In this document: positions 39,953 to 46,384 of the stretch, piece by piece | Layout of the letters: each line of letters starts with the position of its first letter | How positions within the stretch are numbered: the stretch's first letter is position 1 | Source of the DNA: Candidatus Doudnabacteria bacterium | GTDB lineage: Bacteria > Patescibacteriota > Doudnabacteria > UBA920 | Direction: 5' to 3' | DNA: 46,384 bases | Assembly: GCA_963768175.1 (NCBI GenBank) | Contig: CAVYGQ010000002.1 | Location: forward strand, 146,284-192,667 | The notes under the pieces: model-generated | Database searches by the model: none | The model's input: only the letters and a program-made list of their open reading frames with translations | What the model was told of the DNA's origin: nothing | Translations under genes and position numbers: made by a program

Positions 39953-41858
39953 TTAGTTTTCTGTCGCCCAAAACACAATCTGTCCAGTTTTTTGGCCGCT
40001 TAAGTTGTAGTTTGCGGGAACAGCCAAAGAGGCGGTAGTGTTTTGGCCTGCCCCTTGCGGCAAGCTAAGGTTAAAGGAATGCCAGTCCGCATTATCCAGC
40101 AGCAAATTGTCCGTAAAGAGGCTGTCGCCGGTGGTCTGGGCTTGGATTTTTACGGGTACGGTGCCAGTATTGAAAAAATTTAGTGTTTTTGACGCGGCTT
40201 TTCCGGCGGCCAGCGAACCGAAATCCAAAGCCGAGGGGCTGACGGTAAAAGCAATTATATCGTTTGAAGCGGAAGTTGAAGTGCCCTGGACTTGGCCGCC
40301 GTTGGATTCAATATCCGCGTTTAAGGAGACCGCGGCGCTGTTTTGTTGGCCGGAGCCGACCGTTAAAGTTTCGCCGTTGCTTCTAACGTATCCGTCTTCT
40401 TGGGCGTAGATTTTATAATAGCCGTCAGGCGGGCTTACTGTGGCCTGGCCGCTGCTGTCGGTTTGGACTGTTTGGGTTCCGAAGTAAACATCGGCGCCGC
40501 TCAACGCCTGCCAAGTGCTGCTTGCCGTAAAATACTGCACAGTGGCAGTTACGCTTCCTTTTGCGGGGACTACGGTGGCAGACAAACTTAAGCGGGTCGG
40601 CTGCCAGCCCCAGCCGCCGTAATACCACAAGACTTCGTCGTTGGGGGTTAAGGTGTAGCTTCCCGCGCCTACGTTTGGAGAGATGTCGTTGACAAAATAC
40701 ATCCAGCCGGTATTTCCGGAAGCCTGGTCGTTGTTGATTTGATCTAAATAATCACCTAAGCTGCTGGTGGCGATGTGGTAAGTAAAACCGCAAATAAGCC
40801 CCGCGTTTTTTACAATATCCAGGGCCGTTGGACCCGAAGCGCTTCCTTCGCAAACCGTTTGGGCAGAGCCTTCTATGCGGAAGGGAAAAGTTGCCGGAGT
40901 TTGTGGGTTTGTGGGAGTTTGGCTTGAGCCACCGCCAAAGCCGCCGGACGAAGCCGTACTGGATGAGCCGGCGGTATTGATGTTGGTTATGTTCAGTGGC
41001 AGGGTTTTGTCGGCTAGAGCAATAACCGCGTCCGCGGTAACAGCAGGGGATGACGGCGCAGTATCTGAAGCCTCCCACTTAAAGTAGCCGCTGTTTGTTT
41101 GGTAAGAGGCCAAATATGTTAAGGGATTATTGCTGTTTTGGGCCCAGGTAGACGGGTCGATGGAAAGGGCGTTAAGCGCCCAAACTACCCAGGAAGTAGA
41201 GGAGGAGTCAGTGGTGTTGCCGCTGGTGTCATATACAAAGCCGCCGTCCGGTTCTTGCGTTGTTTTAAGGTAATTTAAAGCGTTTTGAATGTGTGGATCG
41301 GCGGGCCCTGTGCCTGCCGCGACTAATGCCATAATGGCTGCTGCCGTGTCATTGCTGTCGGATGAGCCGCTGGTTGACCAGCTCCAGCCGCCGTCGCTGT
41401 TTTGGTGCGATAAAATAAAATTTTTAGAATCCGTAATAATTTTATTTGTTGACGGTACCCCGGCGGAGACCAGTGCTAATATTCCAAAAAAGTCGTCATT
41501 TAAAAGAGTGGAGTCGCCGATCTGGTTTTGGGAATAAAAATTTTCCAGTGCGGCTACGTAATCCGTGCTGCCAAAAGTTCTCGGATTTTGGTTTAAGGAA
41601 GTTAAGGCTAAAATTGGAGCTTCGTAATTAATTGCGCTGCTTGTTGTGCTAAGTAACTTTAAATAATCGCTTTGAATGCCGCTCGATGAAAGCGCAGACA
41701 AAGCCATAGTCACCCACGGACTGTTTTGTTGGGCTAACAAATAACTTTGAGCCGCATTTTGGTCGTAAGCTGCCTGAGTTCGCGGGAGGGGAGAGGAAGG
41801 CTACGACAAACAATAATGATAATAATAGCGATAGCAATTTTTTTACTCTTGAATTCAT
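39953..41858 (-). CDS. Secreted prenyltransferase-like alpha/alpha-toroid + DUF4430 protein (transcobalamin-like domain order), signal peptide separated by a frameshift
   Basis: Toroid repeats HQNSDGGWSWS and QEPDGGFVYD. DUF4430-like segment is GWMYFVNDISPNVGAGSYTLTPNDEVLWYYG. It also has a carboxypeptidase-regulatory-like and a PapD-like C-terminal domain. The signal peptide MNSRVKKLLSLLLSLLFVVAFLSP (ATG 41858) is in a different frame from the body. The frames can only join between 41800 and 41741, plausibly at the C-run 41785-41795. Confidence 0.7.
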
Positions 41859-41949
41859 AAATTTTATTTTTTTAATTTTAATTAAATAAAATAACAATAA
41901 AAATTGAGAAATAAAACAAACAGTAAATGAGATGCTTTGTTCTTAAAAA

Positions 41950-41970
41950 TAAAAAATCCGCACGCGCGGA
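41950..41970 (-). terminator. Short intrinsic terminator, minus-strand orientation only
   Basis: Minus strand reads UCCGC-gcgu-GCGGA followed by U6AU5. There is no U-run on the plus strand. Confidence 0.45.
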
Positions 41971-42280
41971 CATAAGTTTAAATCAAATTGATTCCTGCTC
42001 GGGAGGTTGTATAACGGATAACTTAAAATTGATAATTGATAACTGCGAAACAGTTATAAATTATTAATTATTTATTGTCAGTTAACTATTCTATTCAGCG
42101 ACCCGGCTCATGATCTTTGCAATCATATTACGGTTGCGGCACAGCGCCTGGATTGCTACGCAATTCAACCAGCAACAATTTATTGGTAACAGTAATACTG
42201 GGTTATAAATTACCAATTAAAAGTTATCAGTTGCGCGTAACGTACAGAACTTCCCTAAATAAAATTTAAATTGTCAATGT
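41971..42280 (-). ncRNA. Candidate ~300-nt non-coding transcript, class unknown
   Basis: Delimited by a promoter (42287-42315) and a terminator (41950-41970) on the minus strand. No ORF longer than about 30 codons. A GC-richer core forms a closed junction: GTTGC...TTGC-gta-GCAA...GGC-gctgt-GCC...GCAAC (42133-42178), plus ATGAT-tgcaaag-ATCAT. Confidence 0.3.
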
Positions 42281-42286
42281 AGATTG

Positions 42287-42315
42287 ATTTTAATAGTTAT
42301 GAAATTTTTTGTCAA
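42287..42315 (-). promoter_or_regulatory. Sigma70-like promoter (minus strand) inside the AT-rich desert
   Basis: Minus strand reads TTGACA (42315-42310), 17 nt (aaaaatttcataactat), TAAAAT (42292-42287). Confidence 0.45.
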
Positions 42316-43203
42316 ATTTGCCCTCTTAATGGGAGTCCAAACTTAGTCAAAATATGGACATTTCTAAGCCGGTGTCTCCTCTATTTAGACATTAAAGCTA
42401 AAGACAAGCTTATCGGTTATCAGTGAACATAAGGCTTATCAGTCTGTTCTGCTTACGGCTCACAACGAGAGCGGTGCTCCACGGCGTAAAGAAGGGGCAA
42501 ATTTTTAAAGTTTTTGGCAGGTTAAATAATTAAAAAACCCTGTGGATAACTACGAAATTTAATTTGTCGGTGAGGTGGTAAGAATTTTTTAAGAAACCAG
42601 TTTCATACATTTTTGTTGGGTTTTTTGACTTTTAATTGTAACCACCCGTTAAATACTAAAAGCTTCAAGAAAATTCAGTAAAAAATTTAATTATGAAACA
42701 AAAAAAATTTGTGTTTTCCTGGCCAATTTAAGGATCACTAAAAGAGCTAAATTAGCGCGAAAGCTTTTTGTTAGCAGGACAATTGGGTGAATCTGAATTT
42801 TTTTTTCAAAAATTGTTTCAGCCTGCAGATTTTTGTCTACAAAAACTTAGTATAAGTTTTTTTTCGAATAAGAAAAATTAAAATTTTAAAATAAATTTTA
42901 TTCCCGAATAGTTTCATATTTTACTCTATATTTGGCGTTTCAATAAAGTCGGCGAAATTAAATTTATTTTTCTTTGTGAAGCATAAATTTATTTTATAGA
43001 GAAAAATTATGTTTTAACCGTCGTTTTTTTATTCGGATGTAACGGAGAAGGAATAAGGCTTGAATTTTGGATAATTTCGGTACTTATGAACTGAATCGGA
43101 AGGACTTTTTGTTTGCGAAATGAAAAAAATTGTGGTTTAAAAAATGAAACAAAAATTTTTTGCTTTTTAAACAAAATTTTGCCAAAAGAAGTGCTGAAAA
43201 CTA

Positions 43204-43232
43204 TTGACTAAAACATGGGCTAAAATTATAAT
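43204..43232 (+). promoter_or_regulatory. Consensus sigma70-like promoter of the terminal giant gene
   Basis: TTGACT (43204-43209), 17 nt, TATAAT (43227-43232). Confidence 0.6.
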
Positions 43233-43351
43233 TATATTGAGGATATCGTTTATCCGATATTTGCCAAAAAGACACAAAAATAAAAAGAAATATGAAAATT
43301 CTAAAATTAAATGTCGGCTATCCGAGATAACAAAAAAATACCTCATAAAAA

Positions 43352-46300
43352 GTGGACGACGATTTAGAAAAAAAAGCAGAAAATTTCTTACCAAATGGCG
43401 GTCAGCAAAGCGACGGCCATTTTGCCAATTTTACGGGACCTTTGCCCGGCGGTAGTTTGCCTGCCCAAGCCAGCCAAAATTCTGCCGGTTTTATTTCGCT
43501 TTCAGAAGCTAGCAAGCTGACCGGTTACCACCAGGATTATTTAGGGTTTTTGTGCAGGAATGGCAAGCTTAAGGGTTTTAAATTGGGGAGGAACTGGGTT
43601 ACAACCAAAGCCGATATTGATGATTTTGTAGCTAAGTACAAAAACGGCTTAAATGAAGTCACTGACGAAAGCGGAACTGCTATACAGGTGCATGTGGAAC
43701 CGGGAGGGCTTGCTTCGTCTGGCTTGTCTCGTTCCTTAGCGCAAGTCGAGGTAAATACTAGCCAAAACGGGTTAAATATAACGGAAAAACCGGAAAAGGT
43801 GGATAAAGTGGATAAATTAGAGGAACAGAAAAACTCTTTTAGCAGGGGTATCTCGATCCTTCCAATTTCCGATTTTCCGGAAGCTTTGCAGGATCATATA
43901 AGCACGGTCAAGCAGCGTTTGGAGACCGAGACCGAAATAAAAGGACAAACTACCCGGTTGGACAACTTGCGAAAAGAAGTGTTTGAGAATTTGGAAAATC
44001 GCATTCAGAATCTTTCTGGCACTTTGTCTAAAGTTGAAAAGGCTGTTGCCGAAAATAAAGCCGAGCTTGAGAAACAGGACTCAAATTTTCTGGCTGCCCC
44101 CTATTTGTCAGAGCAACCAAGAACTGATCTTAACAATAAGTTTGTTCCCAATTTAGATTTGGGCTACAAAAATTCAGACGCGGAGACGGAGACGCTGACC
44201 AAACCATACGCGGATCAATCCAAATTTTTACTTGGAAAAGAAAAAGTTAAACATCTTTACCAAAGCTTTACTAAAAAGCAGGACAGCAACTTGTCGGTAG
44301 TTTTTGCCGCGGTGCTGATAGCTTTGCTTGGACTGGTGGGTTCCGTGCTTTGGTCAAACTTTGCAACAGAGCGACAGATTGCAAAAAACCCAAACGAAAC
44401 AAAAATTGTTTACGAGGGAAATAAAAATCAGCAGCAGGCAACAAGCAACCAACCCGGACAGCAAACCACAACTTCCGGTGGGACAATTATTATTAACAGG
44501 ACCGTTAACGAACTTTTGGGTTTCAGCAGTTCTGATATTTATAATTTAATTAACAACAGGCTGAGCCAGTATTTAGCCGAAGGGAAGTTTAGGGGACAGA
44601 CCGGACCGCAGGGTCCCCAAGGTCCGGCTGGAGCCGCCGCCTCCGCCATTGGCGGGCCGGCCGCGCCGGTCACTTATGTCTTTGGCGGATCGTCGAGCAA
44701 TAACACCACCGGCAGCGTGGGGGCTTTTACGGACTTGTCAGCAACTAATTTTAGCGCCGAAACCGCCAATATAAATAATTTGAACGTCCAGGGCAGTTCC
44801 GTTTTTAACGGTAGTGCCACTTTTAACTCCAATGTCAATTTAAATGGGACGACCACAGCCGCGAATTTGATCGCCAGTAATTTGAATCTTGGTTTTTCCC
44901 CGGGCAGCGTGGTGTTCCAAGGTGCCAACGGACTTGCGCAGGACAATGCCAACTTGTTTTACACCGCGTCAACCTCGCAGCTGTCTTTGGGCACCACCAC
45001 GCCGAACGCTTCGGCCTTGCTGGAACTTGATTCCACCAACAAGGGTTTTTTGGCGCCGCGCCTGACCCAGGCGCAAAGAGACGCCATCGCCAACCCCGCT
45101 GCCGGCTTGTTGGTGTTTAATACGGATTCAAACGAATACGAAGCTTACAACGGTACTTCCTGGGCAGCTTTAGGTAGCGGCGGCGGCAACGGTTCGGTGG
45201 CCACGGGCACGCCGAATTCTTTTGCCTATTATTCTTCTTCAAACCAATTGAGTTCGCAAAATAGTTTGTTTATTAACGGCGGTAATATCGGCATCGGCAC
45301 GTCCACTCCCACCAGCCCACTCACCATAGTGGGCAACGCGTTATTAAGCGGAAACGAAACTTTAATTGGCCAGCTGTCCGTAAGCGCCACCTCCACTTTA
45401 GCAACCACTACCATTACCCAACTGACTTTGGGCCAGCCATTAGCGATATCAAGCGGCGGCACCGGCACCTCCACCGCCCCTACTGCCAACCAGATACTAA
45501 TCGGTAATGGCGCCGGGGGCTACAACCTGGTGGCGACCTCCACTTTAGGTATCGTCTCCGGCATCCAGAGCTTAAACGGCCAGAGCGGCTCTAGCCAGAC
45601 CTTTGCCACCACTGTTTCCGGCTCCATCTTTAACGTCACTTCCACCGGTAACGTCCACACCTTTACCTTCCCTGCTACTCCCAGCTTTACCACCATCAAC
45701 GGTAACACCATCACCACCGGTACCGGCACCCTCACCCTTAACAACAACATTTTATCTTTGCAGGGCGGCAATACCGCCTTAACCGGGACCAACTCCCTAA
45801 CCTCTTCTACCATCTCCACCTCCACCATTTCCCAGGTCACGGTCAACGGCAACGGCAATACCTTAAACCTCTACGGCAACTCCAATATCAACCAGAACCT
45901 GATGACCACTTCCTCTCCTTCCTTTGCCGGTCTAACCTTGGGTAGCACCATTACTCTAAACGGCATTACCTATACCTGGCCGTCTTCCCAATCCGCCGGC
46001 ACCTACCTAAAGACCGACGGCAGCGGCACCCTGACCTGGGCGGCAACCACCGGCGGGGGAGCGGCTTCTTCCACCGGCGCTCCCGGCAACGTCCAGCTAG
46101 CCGGTGCCAACGGTAACCTGGCTGCCAACTCCCTGTTCACTTACGACCTTACCTTACACCGTCTGGCTGTAGGCACGACTTCCACTTCCTCCACCTTTAC
46201 CCTGCAGGGACAACCCGGCAGTGTTCCTTTGTTAACCATCGCTTCTTCTACCGGTTTGACGTTATTCAATATCGGCCCTAATGGTTCCACCACCCTGTCT

Positions 46301-46384
46301 TCCTTAGGTACCGGGGTGGTAATGTCCGCTGCCGGCTCCCTGTACAACGGCCAGGTGGCCTTAGGTTCCCAGGTCAGTGGAGTT
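43352..46384 (+). CDS. HTH(excisionase/MerR-like)-coiled coil-TM-collagen-like/tail-fibre-like giant protein; 3' end beyond the window
   Basis: Not in the ORF track because it is open to the window end. Own translation gives ISLSEASKLTGYHQDYLGFLCRNGKLKGFKLGRNWVTTKADIDDFV (HTH_17-like). TM is LSVVFAAVLIALLGLVGSVLW. Then GQTGPQGPQGPAG (collagen-like), then STNKGFLAPRLTQAQRDAIANPAAGLLVFNTDSNEYEAYNGTSW (tail-fibre-type motif) and long T/S/G/N beta-repeats. The start is uncertain: GTG 43352, or in-frame TTG 43442 or 43457. An in-frame TAA lies at 43346. Confidence 0.8.
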   Translation, partial: MDDDLEKKAENFLPNGGQQSDGHFANFTGPLPGGSLPAQASQNSAGFISLSEASKLTGYHQDYLGFLCRNGKLKGFKLGRNWVTTKADIDDFVAKYKNGLNEVTDESGTAIQVHVEPGGLASSGLSRSLAQVEVNTSQNGLNITEKPEKVDKVDKLEEQKNSFSRGISILPISDFPEALQDHISTVKQRLETETEIKGQTTRLDNLRKEVFENLENRIQNLSGTLSKVEKAVAENKAELEKQDSNFLAAPYLSEQPRTDLNNKFVPNLDLGYKNSDAETETLTKPYADQSKFLLGKEKVKHLYQSFTKKQDSNLSVVFAAVLIALLGLVGSVLWSNFATERQIAKNPNETKIVYEGNKNQQQATSNQPGQQTTTSGGTIIINRTVNELLGFSSSDIYNLINNRLSQYLAEGKFRGQTGPQGPQGPAGAAASAIGGPAAPVTYVFGGSSSNNTTGSVGAFTDLSATNFSAETANINNLNVQGSSVFNGSATFNSNVNLNGTTTAANLIASNLNLGFSPGSVVFQGANGLAQDNANLFYTASTSQLSLGTTTPNASALLELDSTNKGFLAPRLTQAQRDAIANPAAGLLVFNTDSNEYEAYNGTSWAALGSGGGNGSVATGTPNSFAYYSSSNQLSSQNSLFINGGNIGIGTSTPTSPLTIVGNALLSGNETLIGQLSVSATSTLATTTITQLTLGQPLAISSGGTGTSTAPTANQILIGNGAGGYNLVATSTLGIVSGIQSLNGQSGSSQTFATTVSGSIFNVTSTGNVHTFTFPATPSFTTINGNTITTGTGTLTLNNNILSLQGGNTALTGTNSLTSSTISTSTISQVTVNGNGNTLNLYGNSNINQNLMTTSSPSFAGLTLGSTITLNGITYTWPSSQSAGTYLKTDGSGTLTWAATTGGGAASSTGAPGNVQLAGANGNLAANSLFTYDLTLHRLAVGTTSTSSTFTLQGQPGSVPLLTIASSTGLTLFNIGPNGSTTLSSLGTGVVMSAAGSLYNGQVALGSQVSGV

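Noticed and set aside
42541-42549. The AT-rich desert considered as the chromosomal origin (oriC).
   Set aside because: Only one perfect DnaA box is present. The other TTATC/GATAA words have 3-4 mismatches to the consensus. No dnaA or dnaN gene is adjacent. It is kept only as a low-probability note.
43204-43455. 83-aa plus-strand ORF 43204..43455 (Lys/Arg-rich).
   Set aside because: It starts on the TTG of the -35 hexamer, is AT-rich low complexity, and overlaps out of frame with the HTH-encoding frame that continues for about 3 kb.

Overview
This 46.4-kb window reads like a streamlined, AT-leaning bacterial genome of the Candidate Phyla Radiation/Patescibacteria type. That is an inference from gene content. 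TGA is used as a stop (e.g. 4789-4791, 14299-14301), so the standard code applies. No rRNA, tRNA or CRISPR array was seen.

Layout:
- 1-9.2 kb: housekeeping genes. These are a PurS-PurL fusion on the minus strand running off the left edge, ThpR, HAD-IB, GT2, an FAD-linked oxidase, a GGCT-like protein, an AbrB-like protein, acylphosphatase and PEBP.
- 9.3-13.8 kb: a type IV pilin-like cluster interrupted by a frameshifted four-helix-bundle (23S-IVS-type) cassette.
- 13.9-19.7 kb: an ATP-grasp ligase, a glycerate kinase and a GT-A-like gene, interleaved with two PaaX-like regulators.
- 20-27.7 kb: N-anchored Pro-rich, LysM and tandem-repeat surface proteins, an MNT-HEPN pair, a 2-hydroxyacid dehydrogenase and a GxxExxY cassette.
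- 28-31.8 kb: a third PaaX-like regulator followed by a compositionally foreign, GC-rich 987-aa secreted repeat protein.
- 31.9-33.2 kb: a 52-bp tandem array and a GIY-YIG cassette.
- 33.2-39.3 kb: a 2027-aa surface giant.
- 39.4-41.9 kb (minus): a protein with transcobalamin-like architecture plus a PapD-like anchored protein.
- 41.9-43.3 kb: an AT-rich gene desert containing an orphan promoter/terminator pair.
- 43.35 kb to the end: an HTH-TM-collagen/tail-fibre-like giant open at the right edge.

Best candidate for an undescribed system: three paralogous wHTH + Cas2-fold (PaaX-like) regulators. Each is bracketed by its own private GGCC-centred palindrome, and that palindrome sits exactly in the 17-bp spacer of a sigma70-like promoter. 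Further operator copies lie in front of glyco and surface genes.

Recurring themes:
- In-frame hairpin-repeat insertions inside enzymes (PurL, ATP-grasp).
- Small selfish cassettes (four-helix-bundle, GxxExxY, GIY-YIG) sitting inside hairpin or word-repeat flanks.
- Three compositionally foreign GC-rich patches.
- Two promoter/terminator-delimited units with no ORF in the six-frame ORF track.
- Five apparent frameshifts. Four lie in surface-protein genes and one in the four-helix-bundle cassette.

All family assignments are from motifs read by eye. No database search was run.
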